A DNA stretch of 64,000 nucleotides. Source: Eledone cirrhosa. Its lineage: Eukaryota. The stretch lies in contig OZ024741.1 in assembly GCA_964016885.1 (NCBI GenBank), positions 400,830,001 to 400,894,000 of the forward strand, given 5' to 3'. The stretch's first letter is position 1. Every line of letters starts with the position of its first letter. Position numbers and translations under genes: made by a program. Below, piece by piece: positions 27,035 through 38,089 of this stretch. The notes below the pieces were generated by a model, which saw only the letters and a list, made by a program, of their open reading frames with translations, ran no database searches and was not told the origin of the DNA.

Positions 27035-27381
27035 TATCTACCTACCTATCTACCTTTCTATCCCCCACACTCCTCTGTCTGTTTATCTATCTACCTATCT
27101 ACCTCCCCCTCTCTTTGTCTGTTAATCTGTCTACCCATCTACCTCCCCCTCACTCTGTCTAAGTATTTATCTACCTATCTATCCTCCCGCTCTCTCTCTG
27201 TCTGTCTATCTACCTATCTATCTCTCTCCCCACTCGTCCGTCTGTCTATCTATCTACCTATCTACCTCCCCCTCTCTTTGACTATCAAATCTATCTACCT
27301 ATCTATCTCCCCCCCCCCCCGCCCCACTCCTCTGCCTCTCTATCTACCTATCTATCTCCCCCTTCCCTCTCTCTATCTGTC
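27035..27381. repeat. Degenerate (TATC/TACC/TGTC)n pyrimidine-rich microsatellite
   Basis: Repeated tatctacctatct/tctgtct motifs; related short tracts at 22083-22120 and 24830-24867. Confidence 0.85.
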
Positions 27382-27918
27382 CATTAAACAAAAACAGTTA
27401 CACTGAATTATCTCCCCTGTTGGCGACTAGATATTTTTCAAATGTTTATATTTTTATCGTCTGTAAATATTTACAGAAATGTCAATTGTATTCAACATAA
27501 TCATGATTTTATAATCAACTTCTACTTTCTATTTATCTTAATATTGACTTTAATCTAAAATTGAATCTCAGAATGTGTAGAGGTAAGGGATTTTGTTATT
27601 TATGTATCAACATGTATATTAAAATCTTGCGCTAACTTAACGATAAACTTTGATAAAACACACCTCTTCAAAGATTAGTTTCTATTCTTAATAGATACGT
27701 TCACATCACCCAAACATATAATATAGATAGCTATAGTAAGCTATGTTTATTATCATATAACAAATATATAAGATTAAATGCAAGTACAGATATATAATCA
27801 ATTAATTATTGCTAGGAAGCTTATAAATATATTACACATGCGATAATGTACTTTAATTAAATCATATTATATAGTTGTTATATGATAATAGACATACCCC
27901 AGTGTACAGTCAAGATGG

Positions 27919-27962
27919 ATATATATATATATATATATCCATATATATATATATATATATCC

Positions 27963-28028
<66 letters not shown>
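27919..28028. repeat. (TA)n microsatellite
   Basis: Directly visible. Confidence 0.95.
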
Positions 28029-28029
<1 letters not shown>

Positions 28030-28031
<2 letters not shown>

Positions 28032-28290
28032 AGGCCACAATCGATCACAAATGACCATGGTTTTGTACCTAGAAAGTTTTCCTCCGAGGCACAAGTTCAG
28101 CCAAGGTTGTTTGTGGAAGACCAACAGTCGCCCATACATACCAGACTCCCCTCTCCACGTCACCGATGTCTGAGTGAAAGGCAATGGCCGATATATATTG
28201 GCACCAGTGATGTCGCAACTCCTTTCTACAGCTGAGTGAACTGGAGGAACGTGAAATAAAGTATCTTGCTCAAGGGCACAACGCATCACT
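28030..28290 (-). mobile_element. SINE family 2 body (head missing), with a different tail from the 37124 copy
   Basis: Reverse complement contains gcgttgtgcccttgagcaagatactttatttcacgttcctccagttcactcagctgtagaaa, matching 37199-37262. Confidence 0.8.
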
Positions 28291-28294
28291 CTAA

Positions 28295-28640
28295 AGTCTG
28301 CGACCAACTCAAGCTCTGCTGCACCTCGAGCAGAAGAGAGTAATCACTCCAAATATTGGTCGCTCTCCGAGTGGTTTGCTGTCTAGCCCGTAGCAGTTGA
28401 GACTTCTCGTGTCCTTGGACCTAGCGTCACCTCCCTATTCACCACCACAGAGTTGGTTAACCGCAGGTGTGAGCCTGGTGAGCTGGAATGGCTCTTCCAG
28501 CGCGTCTCCCTCACTTTCATCTGGGGTAACGCCTTCTCTATTCTGTCCGCCGGGGCCGCCAGCGCGTGGGCGCCCATTTGTTTATAACAGTGAAAGATGT
28601 GGAGATCGAGAGAAACGGAGGCAGTGACAGTTTGGTTCCA
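28295..28640 (+). mobile_element. CRE-like retrotransposon C-terminal (RLE) fragment
   Basis: Translates, with a stop and a frameshift, to AAPRAEESNHSKYW...PVAVETSRVLGP...EPGELEWLFQRVSLTFIWGNAFSIL, matching the AE..K..KY / P.AVET.G / WL.QR.S.....GNA pattern at the end of CRE ORFs. GC-rich island. Confidence 0.7.
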
Positions 28641-28844
28641 TTGTGTTCAGATCTGTGTATATGTATATATTTATTTGCCACAAAACAAACATCTCTTTAA
28701 TTGTTATATTCCAGTATGTATAAAGACTTTAATGTGAAACCTCGCACCTTAGCATAGAGTGCTGATCTTGGTACCCGCCTCAGTAAACCACCTAATATAT
28801 ATATATATAAGTTGAATATCTGGAAGACACACACACACACACAC

Positions 28845-28930
<86 letters not shown>

Positions 28931-28934
28931 ATTA

Positions 28935-29059
28935 AAATAACAGATTAAAGTTTAAGCAAAGAATCGCTGCTTTCACCCTTAACGGGATCTTCTAATCTTC
29001 AGAAGATCCCGTTAAGGGTGAAAGCAGCGATTCTTTACTTAAACTTTAATCTGTTATTT
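28935..29059. repeat. Long palindrome, 59-bp arms with 1 mismatch, 7-nt loop
   Basis: aaataacagatt...acgggatcttct aatcttc agaagatcccgt...aatctgttattt. Confidence 0.95.
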
Positions 29060-29439
29060 GCTCTACGGTTCTTTATCGAGCCCTCTTTGGATTTTAATTG
29101 TCTAATTTATTATGTGATACCTTTGCCATACTGTGATATATATGCTTTGTACCATTGCTTGTTTATTAGCTGGTTATTCTGTACATGCCTAACACATCTG
29201 CACTCTTTCTATACGCTTGCTTATGTACTGCTAATGTCCTCGTTTTGCGAGTAACTTTCTTCTTTAATTCCTCTATAATTGTTGTATTATTCTTTTATAA
29301 TCTTTGTCGCATCCACTGATACTGACCACATCATCTTCACTCTTTAAATATGACACTGTTAATGACAACACTAATATCTATGTATCTTTACGATTGTTCT
29401 GTGGAATAGGAGGTTAATTATATGTCTAAACTTTGCTAG

Positions 29440-29485
29440 TGCTCCGATGAAACAAACGAAAATTTGGAAGAAACGATTGTCAGCA
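29440..29485 (+). ncRNA. Minimal type I hammerhead ribozyme-like motif (Penelope-type), with core variant
   Basis: Stem I tgct/agca; core cCGATGA (canonical CUGAUGA); stem II caaa/tttg; GAAAC-gatt-GTC cleavage triplet. AATAAA immediately after. Confidence 0.55.
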
Positions 29486-29621
29486 ATAAAATGTTTTATA
29501 TTCTTGCTGTGTAAAACATCTGATATATTTACATTGAGCTATTTTTCTTACTGGTAAGAAAGGGGGTAATGAATTAATTACCTTTCCTGTTTATAATTAT
29601 ATATAGTGTATATATAAGTAT

Positions 29622-30028
<407 letters not shown>

Positions 30029-30099
30029 GGGGTACAATTGTCAGCAATGAGATTAAAAACCTTTTTTTGTATAGCAAACCGTGTCACTCTTCTTTCCTG

Positions 30100-30152
<53 letters not shown>

Positions 30153-30374
30153 GTCTTCCAGATATTCAACTTTCCCACAAAAACCCGTTTCTGGTATACC
30201 CCACCCAAACACTTGCCAATTACAGCTTCAAATTTCATTTTATTTTCACATTTTCCCCGTCATGCTTGAAATAATAACCAACGGTTATTACTTGGCCCAC
30301 TTTTACATGGAATTTGTTACATAACATAAATATGTTTAATACATTTGGGTTTTACAGTTTTATAAGAAGCCACA

Positions 30375-30697
30375 AATGTCTTGCCTTTCGTCCTTACAGG
30401 GTCGATAAAATAAAGTACCAGTCACGCACTGGAGTTGATTTAATCGACTTTCCGCTACCCCAAAAATTACTGGACTTGTGCCTAAGAAAACATTGTTGTT
30501 ATTATTATATTATGGTGGTGGATTGGCAGTATCGGTAGAGGGTCAGACGCCATGCTTTGCAGCACAGTTACGTCCCTTTACGAACTGAGTTCAAATCCCG
30601 CGGAGGTTAACTTTGCCTTTCATCCTTACGGGGTCGATAAAATAAAGTACCAGTAATATACTGGGTAATTGCTGGCTTTGTGCCAAACGTAGAAACA

Positions 30698-30737
<40 letters not shown>

Positions 30738-30930
30738 GGGTGGTGGATTGGCAATATAGGTAGGACGCCGGACACCACGCTTTGCAGCACAGAGTTATGG
30801 CCCTTTACGTTCTGAGTTCAAATCCCACCAGGTTAATTTTGCCTTTCACCCTTACGGAGTCGATAAAATGAAGCACCGGTAACGTACTGGGTAATTGTTG
30901 GCCTTGTGCCAAAAGTAGAAATAATTATTA
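30375..30930 (+). mobile_element. Three head-to-tail copies of SINE family 1 (partial ~30375-30510; 30514-30736; 30738-30930)
   Basis: ggtggtggattggca head, gagttcaaatccc B-box-like motif, gtcgataaaat.aag.acc core; each ends in (TTA)n. Confidence 0.88.
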
Positions 30931-31002
30931 TGAAGGCAGGTAATGTTAAAAACAACAGATTAAACACAAGTTTATTTATTTTCACCACCAATTATTAAGA
31001 CA

Positions 31003-32072
31003 ACTAGCTGACGTACCCAGCTTTGCCCGGGTAAACAGATGATAAGCGAAGACAAGTAAAAGAGAAAATGACTGTATTCGATGTTTGTCTGGTTACAGTA
31101 TGAGGCGAGTCCGTGGTGTCTGTGTGATACAAAAAACAGTAAAAATAATCTTCCAGATATATCAGATTCTTCGTTGTACCGTTTGTGCATAGTATATGAA
31201 CAATTCTAGGTGCTCCCACCTAGAATAGTGACCTCTAGGAGATGGTTCATCTTCTGCCTGACTGTAAAACATGTACCATTGCATAGACGTGGTTGTTCCA
31301 CGTTTCTCAAAGGATGATGGAAGTTCCAGTCTTTTATATTATATGTAGATATAGATAATTAATATAAAAGATGATGCTCAGCCAGTTCGTCTTTAACCAT
31401 CGCAGCACGCCATCGCTGCTTGGCTCCAGTGTTTCGTTGGCGTTGTTCAGCCAGCTCCTCTTCATTCATGGCGGCATGTCTTCGCCTCTGAAGTTCGGCG
31501 TTCCGATGGCGCTGTTCGGCCCGCTGTAGTTCACTGTTTGATAAAGTCGAATTGCTTTTATTTCGAGCAATTGTCAAAAAATGACGCAATAATAAATATA
31601 AAAGATGTCTGTCAATGTAAGAAAAGGTCCCTATTTACTCCCTTCACAACTCTGAGTATGTTAGACTGACAAACAGGCGCACAGACAGATAAACTGCGTG
31701 GCGATTGTGGAACGTCCCACGTACATACACATACGCGCACACGCACGCAAACTTACACATGCACCCGTGCACTTACACACACTTACACACTCACACATGT
31801 TGGTAGCTGTTACTTTCTGTGGAACGCTGCACGCACGCACACACACAAACATATGCGCACGTACATACACATGCACATATGGTAATAGTTACAGCGTTCA
31901 CATTGCCTCTCTGTTTCTTACTCTGCCCTCTCACTCCCTCATTGGCATTATGCGTATTAATTTAAGTATGGCGTCGTTGAGGTGGGCGGAGTCGTTTGAA
32001 ACCTATTAACCAATGATAATCGAGAATTATGACACACGGAATACTGACATTGTTCAAATTAATATATAGATT
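31003..32072. mobile_element. Helitron/Helentron-like non-autonomous fragments
   Basis: 5' aactagctgacgtacccagctttgcccgggt; ends of the ...atatatagat type at ~31356 and ~32070; internal (CA)-rich tract. Minus-strand R/E/Q-rich repeat peptide (31359-31589) resembles the N-terminal helical repeats of Helitron RepHel. Confidence 0.45.
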
Positions 32073-32094
32073 TAACACTAACACTATTTATATT

Positions 32095-32210
32095 TATGGG
32101 AAGCTATTGGAACATGCAATTGAGGTTTTTGGAAAGAGTGTTAGAGAAGAAGATTAGGAATAAAGTGAAGATTGGTGAAATGTAGTTTGGATTTGTACCA
32201 GGAAAAGTAC
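32095..32210 (+). mobile_element. RTE RT internal fragment
   Basis: KLLEHAIEVLERVLEKKIRNKVKIGEM*FGFVPGKS, resembling the QFGF.PG.ST motif. Confidence 0.7.
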
Positions 32211-32219
32211 GAATGACGT

Positions 32220-32552
32220 TAAAGCACCCAGTCCACCCTGTAAGGTAGTTGTGCTGGTGAAACGACAAAAAGCACCCAGTCTACCCTGTTAAGTGGTCGT
32301 GTTGGTGACACAGCAAAAAACATCCAGTCCACCCTGTTAAGTGGTCGTGTTGGTGACACACACAGCAAAAAGCACCCAGTCCACCCTTTAACATGGTTAG
32401 CATTAGGAAGGGTATCCAGCTGTAGAAACCAAGCCAAAATTCAGATCCTTGTGAGCGTGATGTGGTATCCGGATCTGACTTGTCTCATAATGTGACAACA
32501 CATCTAACCCATGCAAGTGAAAAAAATTGACATTAAATGATGATGATAATGA
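32220..32552 (+). mobile_element. SINE 3' body with an internal ~4x tandem duplication (48-51 bp)
   Basis: cccagtccaccctgt(t)aagtggtcgtgttggtga..aaaaagca repeated from 32221 to ~32390, then ttaggaagggtatccagctgtagaaa and a (gat)n tail. Confidence 0.8.
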
Positions 32553-32553
32553 T

Positions 32554-32606
<53 letters not shown>

Positions 32607-32607
<1 letters not shown>

Positions 32608-33045
32608 TAGGGTGGGTAAAATTCCCGAGATCCATGAACGAGTTTTCTCCAACGCTCTCTGTCCCTCATTATCGCTGCCATGTCCTGTGTCTCCAAGAGA
32701 CCAGCGTCTGTCCTTAGGACATCAACATATGTTAACCTCGGTCTCCCTCTTCCAGTGTGTCCATACAGGGGCTCCCACAGGAACACTGAGCGCAGTGTCA
32801 ACGCTGGATGTTGGTGAGCATATCCAGCTAACCTCAGTTTCCTCTGTGCTACCCTCAAGCTGACTTTCGGGAGGCTTCCATACAGCTCTGAGTTCTTCAT
32901 TCTCAGTGTATACTGATTAATGTTCAGAGCCATCCTCAGCATTCTCGTGTAGCACCCATCCACCATCTGAGTGAGTTTATTGGTCAGTGTCCAAGTCTCA
33001 GACCCGTACAGCAGCACAGACACCACTACAGCAACGAAGAGACGA
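32607..33045 (-). mobile_element. RTE-clade LINE C-terminal fragment (third family)
   Basis: SVLLYGSETWTLT..DGCYTRMLRMAL..RLAGY..GRGRPRLTYVDVL..DRERWR. Confidence 0.85.
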
Positions 33046-33139
33046 ATATATATATATATATGACATATTGGATCACAGTTGATTCAAATGATGTGTGTTC
33101 TAGTTGTTCCAACCGAGGAACATCTTGCTTGTGAAATCA

Positions 33140-33352
33140 ACGTGCATAGAATAATGTAGAAATGTGAGTAAAGTGAACAGTGTATGATTCATAATATACA
33201 CACAGATGCATGCATGCGTATGTATGGAGGAGGAATATCAGGTGTAGTGTTGGCGGATTTTGGGAAGCATGGAGGTTTTCAAGGATGCAGTGTCTTGACT
33301 GCTAAAAGATGTAGGTAGTTTGTTCCATGCTTCAGCGACTCTGAGCATGAAA
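33140..33352 (-). mobile_element. CR1/L2-type LINE 3' end; unamplified single-copy parent of satellite B
   Basis: Reverse complement reads FMLRVAEAWNKLP..., then aaaacctccatgcttccc..at.cgccaacactacacct.atattcc, collinear with one 61-bp monomer plus 59641-59760. Confidence 0.85.
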
Positions 33353-33489
33353 TGGAAGCAGAATACGAGAGAAGTGAAAACATTGTGATTATAATTAGAG
33401 AAAGGAGTAAAGGAAGTTGTCTAAAATTGAGATTTCTGTTGGAAACAAAACACTTTAAATAAATTTAGAATGTTAATAGAGAAACGATC

Positions 33490-33972
33490 ATGAATACAAA
33501 GTGTGTTTGGAGTAAGGTTATTCGATAGAGTGCATAGCTCGGAGATGAGAGAATCACTCCAGGTAGAGCCACTACTTCTCCGAATTGAGATCATAGCTCC
33601 GATACTACGCTGCTTCTCCAAATAGAGAGATCATAGCTCCGATACGATGGACATGTGGTTAGAATGTCTCAGGAGATGAGAGAGTCACTCCAGGTAGAGC
33701 CGCTACTTCTCCGAATTGAGAGATCATAGCTCCGATACGATGGACATGTGGTTAGAATGTCTCAGGAAAGAATTGCTGGACAGATTTTACGAGGAAAACC
33801 AACTGGCAGGAGATCAAGGGGTAGGTAACACACATGAGCTCAGCTGGTCTCGCTTGGAGATCCAGCTAGATCAATTAGTGACAGTTGCTTCTTACAGGAC
33901 CTACTTGAAGGAGAGCTTGAGGATTCTGGCACTATGACCCTCTCAGGAATAAGTGGACGAAGAAGAAGAAGC
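33490..33972 (+). mobile_element. RTE-clade LINE 3' fragment ((GAA)n tail) with internal duplication
   Basis: Matches 21700-22043; ggagatgagag..tcactccaggtagagcc...gatcatagctccgatac occurs at ~33541 and ~33673. Confidence 0.85.
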
Positions 33973-34242
33973 ATATAAAAACATTTAATATCGAGGCAGA
34001 GAGAAATATACCCAGAAGATAACTGGGCTACGTTCGACAAGGGAGACAACTGTTGTAGTTTAGCATATTCCAATCTAAACTTCTCCCCCTTGCCTATTTA
34101 ATTACTTTTTTCGTCCTTACGGAGCCGATGAAATAAAGTGGACGTAAAAATGATGATATATATCATCATCATCAGCATTTATACGTCCCCTTTTCCATGC
34201 GCGCATGGGTTGAATGGGTCCATCTCATATATATGTATATAT

Positions 34243-34460
34243 ATATAATATTAAATTCAAATATTAATAAAATAGATGTTCTTGTGATCAGTTAAATTTT
34301 AGTATACATATTTTAGAGGTACGTGAATCATGTTCAGCAGTACAATCCTCATCAGATAAAATAAAATGATACATGACATACCCTGAGATGTTAGATGGTT
34401 AATATTTAATCAAGATCACAAGAACATCTATTTTATTAATATTTGAATTTAATATTATAT
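34243..34460. repeat. Perfect 47-bp inverted repeat pair around a 124-bp spacer, next to a (TA)n tract
   Basis: 34243-34289 is the reverse complement of 34414-34460. Confidence 0.9.
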
Positions 34461-34767
34461 TAATAACTCTGGAAAATATTTTTCTGTAGAGTGCTTCCAA
34501 TCTACTGTAAAACTCATTCTTTGATGTACTCATTGAATCTTGTTTAACTCTTTATAAGGAAAAAAGATGAAATCGAAAATGCAACTGGAGTCTTTTTTCG
34601 TTTTGTTGAGACTTTGGTGGCATTTTCGGTCTTTGTGTGGTGTGTATGTATTAGAAAGTGAGGGTTTTTTTACAAAATGAAAAATATTTTCGATTTGATC
34701 TTTTTTCCTTATACTTTCACTCGTGTAGGACACATCGGTTATTTTTCATTTTTTTTTAAAACTTCAC

Positions 34768-34890
<123 letters not shown>

Positions 34891-35150
34891 GAATGAAGTA
34901 TTGAGGGTACACGTGGAAACATTGTACTTAATAGAATAGATGACACAGAATGAGATATATTAAAGTGGGTTGTATTGAAGAACTGCCAAACTTCCACCTG
35001 TATAATGAAAACACAAATTAGAAATACACAGGTAGTGATGGTGACAGAGGTTGGTGATGGTGATGATAGATTATGTATAAGGTAGAGGACTGACAGAATT
35101 ATTTTGCTACAGCTCCTTGTTTTCTGAGTTCAAATCTTAGTGTGGCCTAC

Positions 35151-35539
35151 CTGGGTGGTAGACTTAATTTGTCACCTAGTTTAACATCACCACCTGGTCC
35201 TTGGGTGGTAGACTTAATTTGTCACCTAGTTTAACATCACCACCTGGTCCTTGGGTGGTAGACTTAATTTGTCACCTAGTTTAACATCACCACCTGGTCC
35301 TTGGGTGGTAGACTTAATTTGTCACCTAGTTTAACATCACCACCTGGTCCTTGGGTGGTAGACTTAATTTGTCACCTAGTTTAACATCACCACCTGGTCC
35401 TAGGGTGGTAGACTTAATTTGTCACCTAGTTTAACATCACCACCTGGTCCTTGGGTGGTAGACTTAATTTGTCACCTAGTTTAACATCACCACCTGGTCC
35501 TAGGGTGGTAGACTTAATTTGTCACCTGGTTTAACATCA
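35151..35539. repeat. 50-bp minisatellite, ~8 near-identical copies
   Basis: gggtggtagacttaatttgtcacctagtttaacatcaccacctggtcct(t/a), exact 50-bp period. Confidence 0.97.
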
Positions 35540-35627
35540 GCTGTTCCTTGGGTTCCTTCAGTAGTTTCCACTTTGTTGCAAGTATTCTGGTCTGATATCT
35601 GCTGTCAGGATACTTTCTTTTCTCTGA

Positions 35628-35801
35628 TCACTGTAAATGAGGTTGGCGTTAAGAAGCGCATCCAGCTATAGAAACCAAGACAAAATCAGTTCTATATGAG
35701 CAAGACATGTTCACCTGACCTAGCATTGCCCACAACAGGACAACTTGTCTAACCCATGCTAGCGTGGCAAAATGGACGGTGATGATGATGATGATGATGA
35801 T
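35628..35801 (+). mobile_element. SINE 3' fragment with (GAT)n tail
   Basis: tcactgtaaatgaggttggcgttaagaagcgcatccagctatagaa matches 37342-37388. Confidence 0.75.
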
Positions 35802-36370
35802 CCACCAATCTTAGAAGCCCTGCCATTCTTTCTCTGACTAAACCACCATAGAGAGGTTGTCACATGTTCATCCACAGTGAAAATTCCTCTCAAACCTTAT
35901 CCAATATGTGCCAGAGTGTTTGATAGCAATAATATATAAGGTTGCTTTAGTGGGGTTTTTCTGACACACTCAGTAGCCAAATGATTAACTGGGGTTTGAA
36001 GCACATCTCTGTACTAACAACTAATGATAGTTTAAGGATCAGCTCTGACACCCACCCTGGGTAGTCAGATGGTTAACTGGGGGTGTAAAACACATCTAGG
36101 TACTGACACCCACCCTGGGTAGTCAGGTGATTAACTGAGGTGTGAAACACATCAATGTACTGACACAGACCCTGGGTTCCAGGTGATTAACTGGGGTGTG
36201 AAACACATCTAGGTACTGACAACTAATGTAAGGTTAAAGATCAGTTTCTGTGTAGATAATCAGTCTGAGATAAAGTTACTCTTTAACCATGATCTGAATA
36301 AATCTACCACATTATCATGTTATCTACTTTTGTTTAGGTTTGGAATATATATGTCAATGTATGTATATAG

Positions 36371-36422
<52 letters not shown>

Positions 36423-36586
36423 ATCCCCCTCCCCCCACAGACAGAGATAGAAACATGTCTTATTTCTCTAAACTGAATTTATATCAATCCTTATACATAA
36501 GTAACAAACCAACAACATACAGTGGGAGAGGGGGCTTTTGTTTATTTCAACAAAACATAACCTCATCGTAAGTTAAAGGGATTAAG

Positions 36587-36722
36587 ATGGCTGACAATAA
36601 AGCTAGTGAAGTTGATACCAGTAATATATCAAGTACAACAGAGGCAGCCTCATCAGAGGATCTAGCAGAATCTGTGTCATCTACAGCAAATATCATAGCA
36701 CCAACTCCTCTTCCTTGGCATA
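36587..36722 (+). CDS. Candidate first coding exon of an unidentified gene (MADNKASEVDTSNISSTTEAASSEDLAESVSSTANIIAPTPLPWH)
   Basis: Non-repetitive island; strong Kozak context (aagATGG); acidic Ser/Thr-rich N-terminus; consensus GTAAGT donor at 36723 (phase 1). No downstream exon recognised in the window. Confidence 0.4.
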
Positions 36723-36919
36723 GTAAGTTGAATAAACTCTCAAAAGAACTTTCTACTAATGTAACTGTGTTGCAAGAAATATCCATATATATATATATAT
36801 ATATCGTTTAACATCTATCTTCCACGCTACCATGGGTTTATCACCCCACTCTCCAGAGCGTGAAATTAATAAACATTCGTTGTACTGCTTCTCTGTTTTG
36901 TCCCTGTTCAAATTTTTCC

Positions 36920-36950
<31 letters not shown>

Positions 36951-37123
36951 AAATGTGTGTATGTATGTGTGTGTAAGGGATGAGTGTGTGTGGGGGGGGG
37001 GGAGTGTGTATGCTTGTGATGAGTGTGAGTGTGAGTGTATTTATATCATCATCATTTAATGTCCATTTTCCATTCTAACATGGTTATACATGTGTGTGTG
37101 GTATATATATATATATATATGAT

Positions 37124-37470
37124 GGAGGCACATGGCTTAGTGGTTAGAGCATTGGCCTTGCAATCGAAAGGTTGTGAGTTCAATTCTCAGACCGGGTGAT
37201 GTGTTGTTTCCTTGAGCAAGACACTTTATTTCACATTGCTCCAGTTTACTCAGCTGTAGAAATGAGATGAAAGGACTGGGGTCCATATCATTCCACTGTT
37301 AACTGGTCGTGGAGGTGCCACGGCAAAATAGCACCCAGCACTCACTGTAAATGAGGTTGGTGTTAGGAAGGGCATCCAGCTGTAGAAATCAAACCAGAAT
37401 CAGTTCCCGTCCCACCCTTGCAAGCAGGGAAAAGTGGACGTAAAATGATGATGAGGATAATGATGATGAT
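37124..37470 (+). mobile_element. Full-length tRNA-derived SINE (family 2) with RTE-derived tail
   Basis: A-box tggcttagtgg (37133-43), B-box gagttcaattc (37176-86), central ccttgagcaagacactt domain. 3' end is 43/44 identical to the RTE end at 20962-21005; (gat)n tail. Confidence 0.9.
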
Positions 37471-37471
37471 A

Positions 37472-37640
37472 TATATATATAATAACAAATAGTAGAAAGG
37501 AAAAAGATTTTTTCAGTAGAAAGCATTAATTTATTTACTTGTAAATAAATTAATGCTTTGAAATTTCACTAAAAATATCTCTTCAACATTTTCTATTGAA
37601 AAAATATTTTTCCTTTCTACTATTTGTTATTATATATATC
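37472..37640. repeat. Nested inverted repeats (~50-bp outer arms, 19-bp inner hairpin)
   Basis: ataataacaaatagtagaaaggaaaaa ... tttttcctttctactatttgttattat; inner aaagcattaatttatttac-tt-gtaaataaattaatgcttt. Confidence 0.85.
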
Positions 37641-38089
37641 AACTCATGTGTTACCTTTCTACATTCGTTATATACATATATATATATCTAAACTATAATA
37701 AAGTAAGGAGCGCGGGACTGCGTACGGTTTATCATTTTTTATCCCATTAGTAAAATAACTTGGATTACATTGTATAAATAATGAATGGATATTACATAAT
37801 TTATCTACTAAATTTCGTGGCTGTTGATTAAATATATTAAATATATTATGGTTGGCCATCGCTTAAATAAACACTAATTTTCTGTCACTAATTTTCTCCT
37901 AATGCAGTTTATATATAATATCGTCTTTTTTTTAATGTATCATGGATTACGTTACTGATTACATAAGACTGTAACATAGCCTTCGTTCAATTTCTATGTA
38001 TTATATATTGTCAATTACGATTTTATTTGATGTATCATATCTACATGTATATATACTTGCGTATAATATCAATATATACACTACACATG

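Noticed and set aside
28826-28927. (CA)n-(TA)n-(TG)n self-complementary tract
   Set aside because: A common compound microsatellite pattern in such genomes; the palindromy is a trivial result of dinucleotide composition.
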